From: Lingula anatina
Lineage: Eukaryota > Animalia > Brachiopoda
Length of the DNA stretch: 64,000 nucleotides
Direction: 5' to 3'
NCBI GenBank assembly: GCA_051362555.1
Contig: CM120645.1
Span: forward strand, 5,766,001 to 5,830,000
Positions 1 to 12,076 of this stretch are shown here, piece after piece. Each line of letters opens with the position of its first letter. The first letter of the stretch is position 1. The position numbers and the translations under genes are program-made. The notes beneath the pieces are model-generated. The model was not told the origin of the DNA. It ran no database searches and saw nothing but the letters and a program-made list of their open reading frames with translations.

Positions 1-516
1 CAGTATGCTATATTTTTTAAAAAAGTAATAAAGATATCCGGGCAAAGAGATTTTATTTATTGTTTTATTTTAATATATATAAGAAAAGTTCAGAATTGCA
101 CTGACCCTAGCTATTGTAATTGGATGGAATAAAGTTTGAATTAAAAGTTTGAATTAAAATAATGTCAACATTGTTTTACACAAAAGTAAAATACAATTAT
201 GTTAAATAAATTAGATACGTTTTAGACCCACCATAGTCATGCATTTATAATGGGTCAAAAGCCTGGTCCAAGGTTATTAGTTGACCAGCTGATTGCCTTG
301 GTAAATAACAACCAATTCCCATGCAGCCATATTGCTTGTTTCTTTTAAAATTTGTTAAAACTGTTGAGAGGTGTTAAAACAGTTAAAACTGTCCATCTAA
401 TATAAATCCATACACTAGCCTACTTGATTCTGGCATCATTATTATTCACATTCTATATATCCAGATACAAAGTTATGTGTTTATGCTAAGTCAACCTTGT
501 AGTGAATCAAAAACAT

Positions 517-870
517 TTAATACATATATGCATAGTATATATAATCATCGATAGTTTCAGTAGCGTGGTTATACCCCAACCTGGAACTGTGGGCTATGGC
601 ATAGTCATCGGATTCACTGGACGAAATGCACCAAACACAGTGCCCACTCACGCCGGTGGCTTCAGTCAGTTTGTCATTAACATATCTCGCCCTTTCGTCT
701 ACAGAGGCCCATTTAGAGTAGCATTCCACCAACGCTTCATAAACCTCTGCTTTAGTTCCCTCATTCAGTGTACCAGTGGAGCTCTCTTTCCAAGCACAGA
801 AGCCATATTCCCCGTGTTCCTCTTCTCTGAAAAATCCCCCTATCATGCAACTTGTAAATACTTTCATGTT
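517..870 (-). pseudogene. 5'-truncated copy 1 of the tandem 181-aa family (C-terminal ~110 aa only)
   Basis: GFFREEEHGEYGFCAWK...KLTEATGVSGHCV...IDDYIYYAYMY aligns with 2431-2976 and 10029-10574. Homology stops at ~855-870, where a LINE 3' end begins. The GAA (Glu) codon of the paralogues is TAA here (517-519), which removes the CaaX-like tail. Confidence 0.75.
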
Positions 871-1498
871 ATCTTGTAAATTTTTGTAAATAAGTTTATT
901 AAAAAATGGCAACCTAAAGGTTGAAGTTATACCATATAAGTACTCTACTTCTATGGTTATACATAAAATGGAGTGAGAATAAAATTTACAAATTAAAATA
1001 ATGATATTCAGGTATAATATAGGATATGCAAACAAAACTTAATGAGATAAAAAAGGGATAAATTAAAATAAATGAGTAAAATAAATTATTGCACAGGCAT
1101 CTGAAAGTTAGTGTAAAAGAGGATGGAGTAATGATAATTAAATACAATAAAGGCCAAAATAATTTTTAAAAGTAAAAATTAGCCCACTAATGGTTTAACA
1201 AAGAGAAAGGAATAAAAGTGTTTTTAAAAAGTTCAATTCTAATTTTTGGTATGTTAAACTTTGACAGGCTATTTCTTAGTCTCCTGTGTGGATTGCAGGT
1301 TAAAAGGTAGTTCAGCTTGTCTGTGTCATTTTGTATTTTTGCAAAGAATGATTTGCAGAGTTCAACTCTGCGCTCTTTTAATGTAATAAGTTTTGCTTTG
1401 GCTAGAGCATCAACATAAGTTAATTCAGGGAAAATGATCCTAAGTGCCCTTGACTGGATGGATTCTATTATTTTACATTGTTCTCCAGTATTTGTAAG
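870..1498 (-). mobile_element. 3' end of an L2/CR1-group non-LTR retrotransposon (ORF2 C-terminus plus 3' UTR)
   Basis: Minus-strand frame 1498-1187 reads IESIQSRALRIIFPELTYVDALAKAKLITLKERRVELCKSFFAKI...RRLRNSLSKFNIPKIRIELFKNTFIPFSLLNH*, a typical L2/CR1 ORF2 tail. It is followed by an AT-rich UTR, AATAAA near 895 and short TTTACAA repeats. Confidence 0.75.
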
Positions 1499-2430
1499 AT
1501 ACTTGTTTAAAAATAGGAATTTTCTTAAAGAATTACTGAATATTTGTTAGAATTTTTAGTGGAGTCATATCTAATAGAAACTAGTAAATGTGTAATGTTA
1601 TAAATCTAGAAAAAGTATAATCGAGTAACAGAAATTATTTGCAATACTTTCAAAATGAAATAATTAGAATATTCAAACAAAGAAATTTAAATTCATTTAT
1701 TTAAGCAAGTTCAAAATATTGATAGAAACAAGAAACGGATGGATTAAAGCCAGATTGAAATCATGCCCATTGGCCATGGGTTAACTTATAATACACATTA
1801 TAAAGTGCAAGCTTAATTAATCTGATTCATTAATATTCCAGTACATTGATATTTAGTATCACAATGTTGACTGTTCCAGATATGTAACCATACCCTTCTG
1901 TTGGACTACAGGCTGTGGTAAAGTACAGTAATCGGTAAATTTTGCCCAGTATTAGTATAACTTTTACTGGTTTCTTCAGCCAGTTACTTGTTGCATATCC
2001 TGTCTGATACTTTCTATTGAACTTAATAAGATATTACTAAGATAAATCTCTTGTGTTACTTCTTTGGCTAATGTGACAAAATAAAATTTTGAATATATAA
2101 ATAAAAACCTATATATATCCTTTAGTTATCGCAGAGAAATATATATTAAATGTTCACACAGTTAATAAAAACAGCATAGAGCTCAAGGATTACATAGAAC
2201 TAAAAAGTCACTGCTTGATTTGCACCAGTCATAATGCAAAATGAAAATATTGCAGTTGTTGGTACATGATATGGTTGTAGTGTAGGGAGAATTTCAACAA
2301 TGCAAAAGATAATAATATTATATGATAATGACAACCTTCCCTACGACTTGCCTCTTTTAATTATCTATCTCAGTCTATCCATGTAGCCCTTGGTTCTCAC
2401 ATCATTATAGTCAAATCATCCAGATAAAAG

Positions 2431-2976
2431 TTATGTGATAGTGCAATTGTTGAAACCCCAAGAAGTTTCATACATAAATGCATAGTAGATGAAGCCATCT
2501 ATATTTTTAGTAGTGTGAGTATATCCTGATCTTGGGGTGTGGGCTATGGCATAGTTTTTGGAATTACTAGGAAGAAAGCGCAATACACAGTGTCCATCCA
2601 CACCCGTGGCTTCAATCAGTTTATCTCTTATGTATACTACCCTTAATAGGTCTCCAGAGTCCTGTCTAGCATAGTGTTCCACCAAAACTTTATAAACTTC
2701 TGCTGTTATTCCTTCATTCGGTGAAACATTGGTGCAACATTTCCAAACCCAAAATCCATAGTCCCCATGTTCCTCTTCTCTATTAAAGCCTACTTCAAAC
2801 ATGCCTCCCCAGCCTGGTTGACTGCCTTTCTTATATACTACAGCCGAGTAAGTTCCCCCACAGTGCTTCTCACAGTACTCCTTGATGACCTTGGCTTTCT
2901 CATGTATGGTACTCATGCTGCAGGTTATCCCTGGGAGGCTGAAGCTGCGGAAAATGGTCTCTGCATTCGTGGACAT
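2431..2976 (-). CDS. Uncharacterised 181-aa protein, copy 2 (putative tandem LC8/ground-like fold, C-terminal CTIT)
   Basis: Intact ORF with start context GCCATCATG and a TTTCAG splice acceptor ~25 nt upstream. About two-thirds amino-acid identity (hand count) to 10029-10574 with the frame conserved. Confidence 0.85.
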   Translation of the reverse strand: MSTNAETIFRSFSLPGITCSMSTIHEKAKVIKEYCEKHCGGTYSAVVYKKGSQPGWGGMFEVGFNREEEHGDYGFWVWKCCTNVSPNEGITAEVYKVLVEHYARQDSGDLLRVVYIRDKLIEATGVDGHCVLRFLPSNSKNYAIAHTPRSGYTHTTKNIDGFIYYAFMYETSWGFNNCTIT

Positions 2977-3210
2977 GATGGCACGTGATGTTAAGAAATA
3001 ACTGAAATAATGAAAATGGGTGTTTTTTTAATGTGCAAATAAAGGAGTTAAATCCGGTAAGATTCCCTGAATTGACTGAGACATTTTCAATAGTGCATAG
3101 CATATATTCCCATGGCTGAATCTGCTCCAATTGTGCCCCCCCCCCCCCACCCCCCCCACCCCCACACACACACACCAAGAAAATTAATAAGATGTCAATA
3201 ACTGTACTCA

Positions 3211-3657
3211 CGGGGCCGTAGCGATAGTCCGAAGGTTTAATAGTCCGAAGGTTCATTGGTCCGAAGGTTCAATGGTCCGAATGTGCATTGAAGGTTCATT
3301 GGTCCGAAGGTTCATTGGTCCGAAGGTTCGATAGTCCGAAGGTTCGATAGTCCGAAGGTTCGATAGTCCGAATGTAGGCCCGCTGTATAAGTGTATAGTG
3401 AATTACATGTACAGGGGCGGATCCAAGATTATTTGAAGGGGGGTCCGCGGTTGCAAAGCCCCCACCCCCCTTGGCGTAGGATCTGGGGCCCGCTAAAGGG
3501 CCCCGAAAATTGTTGGTGTCTCAAAATGACCACCTATTTATCTAGAGACACATCTGTGAATATCTGTAAAAAATCTATCAGTCGCCCTGGTAGAGGTTTT
3601 AAAAGTTAGGTCTGCACGGGCAAAAATAACGTCAATACTAGCATATTACATTAGTTA

Positions 3658-3708
<51 letters not shown>

Positions 3709-3958
3709 AGATCTTGATGTTTTTCATGGGATTGGAAGTTGACGATATTTAACTGCAAAGGTTTATTTTGTAAAATCAAATGGAAATTTTCTCACGAGTC
3801 ACAAGTGTATCTACTTTTTGCAGAGTACGTTTTTCTTCGTTTAAATGAATTTGTTACAAGGACAGCATTTTTGATGTTGTTCATCAGATTAGAAGTTTAA
3901 CTGTTTTAGAATATTTCAACATGTTCAAACTGCCTTCTCACTTGTATTTTACGTTTAA

Positions 3959-4001
<43 letters not shown>

Positions 4002-4286
4002 ATAGGCCCACCGGGTTGATATGGCGTTGCCACATTTCTATTCAGATTATAAACGTTTCAGCACCTTCAGTATTGCTGGGGAAGAGGGGGTGGAATTAAA
4101 TATGTATTACTATTTGTGGATATTTGAGCATTGTATTCTGATACAATTTTTATGTTTAAAGGCCTAGTAAGGGAAAAGCTTGTTTTCGAAAATGCTCGTA
4201 ATTTTTGTTTATATGCCAAGTTTACACTCCAGTTAATTCATCCTCATCCCTATGAGTAATAGGCCTACTATACTGCTGGCGGAACG

Positions 4287-4333
<47 letters not shown>

Positions 4334-5102
4334 GGGGGGGGGGTGGGGGGGGAGGGGAGGGGAGTGGGCTGTGCGAACAACAACATAGTTTGTTTGGAAA
4401 TGCAATTATTCTATAACTTTTACATAATTTAAGAAATGTGTAGGTTAGAAGAATTTGAATTCTAATCATAGTATCTTAAGACATCGTAAGAAAATGTCAT
4501 TATAGGCGTCCTCTCATTTTATGCGTTCCAATCTTTATTCAATATTTCATGTGAAACATGTATGGTGTTCATGAGTTGGAAAGGGTAGCCATTGCATATC
4601 CCCAAACTTCCCCACATTGTAAAGAGTAGTTCACGGAAACAATACGACCTATATGGATAATTTTCACGTGCGTTTCGGTCGCACTCAAAACGAAATGATA
4701 AAGATTCTAGAAGCTGAGTTCACACGAAAGTTAATCACCCCCTAGCAGCTCCAGGATTGCTAATCTGATTGCATACAGTGAGAATCCTGGTGGAGTTGGA
4801 TCAATCTACGTAGAATGATAGTTTCGTTGGGAACGCACCCTTAGATTCCGTTTGTAATTATAATTCTTAAAATCGAAGAACATCTTAAAATGTTTCGGAC
4901 TATCGAACCTTCGGACTAATGAACCTTCGGACTATCGAACCTTCGGACTAATGAACCTTCGGACCAATGGACCTTTAATTTTCGGACTAATGAACCTTCG
5001 GACCAATGAACCTTTTTGTTGAAAATCTGATGAAAAATTTACGAATTTTCGGACCAATGAACCTTCGGACCAATGAACCTTCGGACTATCGAGACGCCCC
5101 CG
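3211..5102. mobile_element. Non-autonomous foldback-type DNA element whose terminal inverted arms are ~16-bp tandem repeats (ATAGTCCGAAGGTTCG)
   Basis: Left end CGGGGCCGTAGCGATAGTCCGAAGG; right end reverse complement CGGGGGCGTCTCGATAGTCCGAAGG. Arrays at 3224-3372 and 4895-5090. Flanks TACTCA/TACTGA. Absent from the paralogous site at ~10820. Confidence 0.75.
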
Positions 5103-5264
5103 TACTGACCACAGTACAATTAGGTAGCATGTGCCAAATATGTTATAAATGTTAATTACTATCTACCTTAAGGTAGAATTCTTAATAGTCTGGAATCTTT
5201 TAAGTTTCCTGATGAATAATGTCGTATTTTTATACTACATCACTATTAAAATAGTAATACTCAC

Positions 5265-5400
5265 ATGTGAAGGCTACTTGTAGTCGGAATGAACCCTTAT
5301 ACACCAAGTATTTCTTTTACCATATACATGTATGTACACGCTATGGTCTAGAAACCAGAAAGAGATGATTAAATACCACTATATACTTATATATGAGCAT
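5265..5400 (-). promoter_or_regulatory. Putative TATA promoter and non-coding first exon of copy 2
   Basis: Minus-strand TATATAAG at ~5386-5393 and splice donor GTGAGT at 5264, pairing with the acceptor just upstream of ATG 2976. The same arrangement occurs at 11064-11200 for copy 3. Confidence 0.45.
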
Positions 5401-5594
5401 GTGACAGTGATATTTTTATCACCAGATAAAGGTGGGCGGTTGCTTGCAATAGGTTATATATAATGTTGATAGCTAGAGTTAATAGTAGGAAGGCGTAAGG
5501 TACAAAATAACAACTGCAGATTTAGAATTAACTTAAGTGTCCACTTGTGTATTTCAGACACTCCATTGTACTTGAACTATGTTAAGTGGGTATA

Positions 5595-7181
5595 CAGCAT
5601 TGGTCAAAAAGGTTGTCCCACCTCCATTTCCATGTACTTTTATTTACAAATGATGACCTAACAGCTGTTAATTGTTAGAAATAGTGTTTTTTATCACGTA
5701 TACCGTGTCTAACATGATTAATGGTTTAAAAAATACAAAATAGTGGTGAAAATATACATATTTTATACCATTTAGTAAAATTTATAAGAGGTACCCCCTC
5801 AAATCGACGGTTTCACTGTGACTTCTAAAGATGTAAAGAAATGACTATAATATAAAAAGACGCCATCAAATGTCACCAAATTCACACACAATTAGCATTA
5901 GGGTGTGCTCATTAAAGATCACGTGCCTAACAGCGTGTGTGTCTACCGCGTACTGCAATTTCCTGTATACGGCGCGACAAGCCTTCAACACGGGTTACAA
6001 TTCTGTTTTGTGGGATATTGTCCCATTCTTCTTAAACAAGTTGGGGGAGTTGGTCCACGTTTTTATGGGGTTGGTTCTCCTTTGCATTGCACACTCCAAT
6101 ACATGTCACAGTTGATTAGTAAGTTTGATATCAGGGCTCAAAGATGGTGGTTCCATCCTTAGACCATTATGTTTCTTCAACAAACAGTTGCCAGGCGAGA
6201 GGTGTGAGCAAGTGTGCAGTCATGATAAAGCCTGAAGTTAACCCCAAAGTCAGTTCTTGAAGATGGAATGAGATATCAGCTGAGAATGCTACGTTCAGTG
6301 GTCCCACAGGCACCTGAACCTGGCCATCCATCACTGGAAGGAAGTTGATTTTGATGCAGAATCAAATTATTTCTTGTATCCTATCGATGGTCAAAGAGGG
6401 TCCATAGACATGTTAAAAAATGCCTCTTGGAAGGGTGTGTGCAGGATAATATCGCCTGAGGTGTTAGATCAATCCGCATTTGGAGAACATTCCAAGCCCA
6501 TGGTATTAGTACATTGTTCCTTTTGGAACAAAACGTAACAGGGGCATTTTGATGTAACATTCTCAACAGAAATCTCACTCCATTTGCAAGAGGTGACTTC
6601 AGGGATACTACTGGCTTCATTGTGACGACGCACTTGCTCACAGCTCTCGTCTGGCAAACGATTTGTTGCAGAAACACAGGGCTCTGAGGATGGGACAACC
6701 GTCTTTGAGTCCTGATATTAATCCTACTGAGCACCTGTGGCATGAATTGGAATGTGCATTGCAGAGGAGAACCAATTCCTAAATAATCATGACCAATTCC
6801 GCCACGCTCTTTAGGATGAATGGGACAATATCCCACATAACAGAATTGTTACCCATGTTGAAGGCTTGTCGCGCCGTCTACAGGAGATAATTGCAGTAGT
6901 TGCGGTAGACGCACACGCTGTTAGGCACGTGATCTTTAACGAGCACACCCTAATGCTAATTGTGTGTGAATTTGGTGACATTTGATGGCACCTTTTCAAT
7001 TTTATAGACATTTCTTTACATCTGTAGAAGTAACAGTGAAACAGTCGATTTGAGGGGGTACCTCTTATAAATTTTACTAAATGGTATAAAATATGTATAT
7101 TTTCACCACTATTTTGTATTGTTTTAACCATTAATCATGTTAGACGAAATGGGGGTGGGACAACCTTTTTGACCAATGCTG
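5595..7181. mobile_element. Degenerate palindromic Tc1/mariner element built from two inverted 3' halves
   Basis: TIR CAGCATTGGTCAAAAAGGTTGTCCCACC at both ends. The TA target duplication is confirmed by the empty paralogous site GTGGGTATATAGGGTAAG at 11391. Remnant motif SPDINPTEHLW...EWDNIP on + (6710-6835) and its mirror on - (~6015-6140). Confidence 0.85.
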
Positions 7182-9400
7182 TATAGGGTAAGAAAGAATG
7201 ATTTGAAAATTATAAAATAATTATTTATATTTTTCAATCCAGTGAACTCGAAACTGGACAAGAAAACTTCTCTCCAGGGGTGGTAATTTCTTGCTTTATG
7301 CCACAATCCAAGAAGGGCTTAATGTTTGCGATGCAATATTATGTAATATAATAGATTTTACGTAAGATTATACAACAATATATAAGATTACATAATATTG
7401 TGTAACATAATAAATATAATGGTATGTAATATTATATTATGTTACATAATATTATATATATGTAACATGACAAAATCAGTAATATACGATATTAATTGAT
7501 CCCAGGACAATAAAGTAAAATGCTGTTACATTTCAATTGTAAAACAATTGGGTTACGTGATTCCGATGATGATTGATCCTAAACTAGTAGGATGAAATGT
7601 CGGACTATAAAATAATTTGTGTGGTTACGTCATAATTACGTAACCCACTAATTTAGCTTAAAACAATAGGCATACGTGTTGTTCTTAACATTATGCAACC
7701 TTATTTAGCGTTATATAATATTATGCAATATTATATGATGTTAAGTAAAATTACGTAATCAATGTTGGTTACAAGTTATTACGTCACAATTGCATGACAG
7801 GTCCCCCTCGGGTCCCCCTTCGAAATATGTTGTGATGCAGCACCATACCTTTTGCGAAAAGTGTGCCGCGTTTAAAGTGACTATCCGCACGAAAACGCAT
7901 TAGATACTCCAGCGCAGTAGACTAAACCGATGGAGTAACGCCATCCCAGACCCCGCAGGAGGCTAACAATTGACTCCATTCACACATCCCTTCATCCCTT
8001 GATTTATCTTTACAAAAGAGTCACCACGATCCCATATGAAGGTATTTTTGACTCCTTGACACATCATTAAAAAATAACAACAACAAAGAATTTACTTTAA
8101 AGAAAAAGGCTTTAATCACTGAAACATAAATCAAATACAACAGGAAAACACATTTTAACAATGAAAACCGATGCTTATTAACACTCACTGTGGCAAATCG
8201 CTGCCAGGCTGAGAGCACCACAGTTCCTAATTATCATTATTCTGTACATTTATTACAAGGCTAGTGGTGTCATAATGCCATTCTACTGACAGTAAAATTA
8301 CTAGTATAATACTTTTTTCTTTGGCAAAAAGTTCCATGATAAAAGTTCCACTTTTTTTTTAGAAAAAGAGCCCTGTTTTAAATTGCTGTGTAAGGGCCTG
8401 TGAAATAGAAAAAAAAAAAACAGAATATATCAAAGCACTTCAGATCGCCCACCAGTCGCCCAAGAAAGCCTATACGCCGTTCATCGGTCTTGCAGGAGGG
8501 AGACAAAGATTGTAGTCACCTCTGGTCACCTCTTGATTGCCGACCATGGTACAGAAAACGAAAGGATGTCCAGCTGTTGCTTACACATCACTCTAGGGCC
8601 CCCTGCATCGTATATAGTAGCATATTCTAATCTAATTGAAACTTATAGCCAATCATAATAAATCTAATTAAATGTATGCAGTGTTTGAGTAAAAAAATTA
8701 TTACCTTTTTACAATTTGCAATACTTTCAAAATAAAATAATTAGAATATCCAAATAAAGAGATTTTCAATCATTTATTTAAGACAAGTTAACAATACTGC
8801 AAGAAACAAAAAAAAGTGGGTTAAAGTTCGAACTGACACCGTGCTCTTTGTTAGGCAAAATTCCACATCAATAAAAAGCAAGTTTAATTTATATGATTAA
8901 AATTCATAAATGTACAGATACCTATGTACCTGGCACATATAATGTTGATTTTTCCAGCTACTCTTGGACTACAGGCTGTGTGACATAGTGACAGTTCTTA
9001 TAGGGCGAAATCTACCCATGCAGTAACATTAATACATGTAGCTTCTTTCGTGCATCTACCTGATGGGTTCCAAAGGGCTTTATATTAAGATACCATTCCA
9101 AGAATGCAAAATAAACCTCTTGTGTTCTTCCTTTTTATTAATGTGCCAAAATAAAATATTGAAGACATTACATGAAAACAAGACACCTGCATACATATGA
9201 AACTAAATAAATATTTCCACTAGTTATCACAGACTAATACAGGGGAATATTGGTGTGATATATACAGTATATATTTCAGAAACCGAAGGGGGGGGGGGGG
9301 GCAAGACCCCTTTACCCCCTCTAAATCCGCCACTGTACTACATTACAATTTTCTCACATTTCATAAATATAGCACAAAAAGGGTATCAAGAATTACCTTA

Positions 9401-9782
9401 AGGTACATACGAACCGAGCATCGGTCGAGCGTGGATTCCCAGTAACACATGTAAACCACTTCTACTAGTTTCTTATACGACTCAAATAAATTGGACATGC
9501 CAAGGGATAAACTGAATAGATCACTCGATCAGCCATAAAAGAGCTTTAGACTGCTCCTTTTCTTTAAATTTCTTGTCAGAAATTTAACCTACTTTTGTGA
9601 CCTACTTTTCTTCCCCATTGACATACAGCATAAAATGCTACCAGAAAAAAATCCGTTCAAACATCATTTTCAGGTAAAATTAAACAATGCCTTTTGGTAA
9701 TTCTCTTAGTTATACTACTTGAAACTATATGCTGAAATTTGGTCGTTTTTTTGTGACAAGAAAATTGACTTTGTATGCATCT
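9401..9782. mobile_element. ~380-bp non-autonomous DNA element, Kolobok-like
   Basis: Ends AGGTACATAC / GTATGCATCT in TTAA context. Absent from the homologous 3' flank of copy 2 (~2190). Confidence 0.45.
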
Positions 9783-10028
9783 TTAAACTCAAAAATAACC
9801 AAATTCTACTTTTTTACATCGATCATAATGCAGAATGAAATCACTGCACTGTTTGTTGCAAGGTTGCAGCATTGCCAGAATTCCACATTGCTAATGAAAG
9901 TATTATGAACAGAAATAATAATGAAAACTTTCCCATGCATCCAAACTGTCTTTTGACTATTACTTACTCAATACATCCGTAGTGTTATCGAGTTTGGCAT
10001 CATTTTATTAAAATCGTCCAAATTAAAT

Positions 10029-10574
10029 TTATATGATAATGCAAGTGTAGTTGAAAATCTCAGACATTTCATAAATATATGCATAGTAGATGAAGCCATC
10101 GATAGTTTCAGTAGTGTGAGTATATCCTGATCTCGGGGTGTTGGCTATGGCATAGTCATTGGATTTACTAGGAAGAAAGCGCAATACACAATGTCCATCA
10201 ACACCGGTGGCTTCAGTCAGTTTATCTTTTACATATGCTGCACTAGAGTTTCCAGAGGCCTCTCTAGCATAATGTTCCACCAAAACTTTATAAACCTCTG
10301 CGGTTATTCCTGGCTTCAGTGGAAAACAGAAGCCGTCTTTCCAAACCCAAAATCCATAGTCCCCATGTTCCTCTTGTCTATCAAAGCCCGTGGCATGCGT
10401 AAATCCCCTTGATGGTCGACTGACTTTCTTATATACTATAGCTGAGAAAGTTCCCTCACAGTGCTGCTCACAGTACTCCTTGATGACCTTGGCTTTCCCG
10501 TTCAATGTGCTCTCGTTGCATGTTATCTCTGGGAAGCTGAAGCTGTGGAAAATGGTCTCTTCATTCGTGGGCAT
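10029..10574 (-). CDS. Uncharacterised 181-aa protein, copy 3 (putative tandem LC8/ground-like fold, C-terminal CIII CaaX)
   Basis: Intact ORF, GCCATCATG start, TTTCAG acceptor at ~10600-10605. Paralogous to 2431-2976, including the flanks. Confidence 0.85.
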   Translation of the reverse strand: MPTNEETIFHSFSFPEITCNESTLNGKAKVIKEYCEQHCEGTFSAIVYKKVSRPSRGFTHATGFDRQEEHGDYGFWVWKDGFCFPLKPGITAEVYKVLVEHYAREASGNSSAAYVKDKLTEATGVDGHCVLRFLPSKSNDYAIANTPRSGYTHTTETIDGFIYYAYIYEMSEIFNYTCIII

Positions 10575-11049
10575 GATGGCACATGCAGTTATGAAATTAC
10601 TGAAAAAATGGATGCTTTGTTGTTATTTCCTTTAAAAATGTGCAAGTAAAAGAGTTTAACACGGTAAGATGCCCTGAATTGACTGAAACACTTTCAATAG
10701 TGCAACATGCATGTACTGTACATAACATATGCACCCATGGCTGATTCTGTTCCAATTGCCCCCCCCCCCCCCCCCCACACACACACACATACCAAGAAAA
10801 TTAATAGGAAGCCAATAAATCCACCCGCCACAGTACAATCAGGTAGCATGTGCCAAATATGTTATAAATTATAGCTTCTACAGGTACCTTTTATTATTGT
10901 CTGGCGGTTTTTGAATTAGCGTTTTAGAAACTAATAACTGTACACGTATCTTCCATTCACTTCCTTGAATAATTACAAATTAAAATAAAACTTAAAATGC
11001 AGAGTTCAATCTCTTAAATAAGTTTCCTGATAAATAATTTAGCATTATT

Positions 11050-11869
11050 ATAGTAATACTCACATGTGAAGGCTACTTGTAGTCGGAATGAACCCTTATA
11101 CACCAAGTATTTCTTTTACCATATACATGTATGTACACGCTATGGTCTAGAAACCAGAAAGAGATGATTAAATACCACTATATACTTATATATGAGCATG
11201 TGACAGTGATATTTTTATCACCAGATAAAGGTGGGTGGTTGCTTGCAATAGGTTATATATAATGTTGATAGCAACAGGTAGAGTTAATAGTAGGAAGGCG
11301 TAAGGTACAAAATAACAACTGCAGATTTAGAATTAACTTAAGTGTCCACTTGTGTATTTCAGACACTCCATTGTACTTGAACTATGTTAAGTGGGTATAT
11401 AGGGTAAGGAAGAATGATTTGAAAATTATTAAATAATGACTTTATTTTTCAATCCAGTGGCATGTAAATCCTGTAAGTAGTAATTAAAACCCCGGAGAGG
11501 TAGTTAAAAGGATAAGGCCCTGAAGGGACCCTCTTACTATGTACTTTATTTCTTGCCATATGCATTTTATTATATATTTTACTACATTATAAAGAAAAAA
11601 ATGTTTATTTGGGTGGCATAACAAGTGTATACTTATATATGAGCATGTGACGCTGATATTTTTATCACCAGATAAAGGTGGGCGGTTGCTTGCAATAGGT
11701 TATATATAATGTTGATAGCAACAGGTAGAGTTAATAGTAGGAAGGCGTAAGGTACAAAATAACAACTGCAGATTTAGAATTAACTTCAAGTGTCCACTTG
11801 TGTATTTAAGACACTCCATTGTACTTCAACTATGTTAAGTAAGTATTTAGTATAAAAAAGAATGATTTC

Positions 11870-11870
<1 letters not shown>
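11050..11870 (-). repeat. Near-identical duplicate of the upstream region of copy 2, plus a third partial copy at 11627-11870
   Basis: 11050-11400 differs from 5251-5594 by one substitution and one 6-bp indel (by eye). Confidence 0.85.
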
Positions 11871-11920
<50 letters not shown>

Positions 11921-12076
11921 AAAGAAAAAGAAGAACAGCAACTTTCTTGCCCCGACCGGTTTCTTTCTTTCTTCAGGGGGTTTTGTTTATTTGTTACTAG
12001 GTGATGTCATAAAGGCTTAAATGTGACGTCTTTAACAATGAGTGTTTAATTGTTACTTTTACCAATGCTTTTATCT

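Noticed and set aside
871-1035. N-terminal 55 aa of the 172-aa ORF 517-1035
   Set aside because: Read-through of the LINE 3' UTR from a non-ATG start; no similarity to the paralogues.
3224-3372. Short direct-repeat array that might be read as CRISPR
   Set aside because: The units are contiguous with no unique spacers, are mirrored at 4895-5090 as transposon arms, and the context is eukaryotic with no cas genes.
5870-7131. Several 60-150-aa ORFs
   Set aside because: Antisense or off-frame translations of the degenerate Tc1 arms; the transposase frame has stops and frameshifts.
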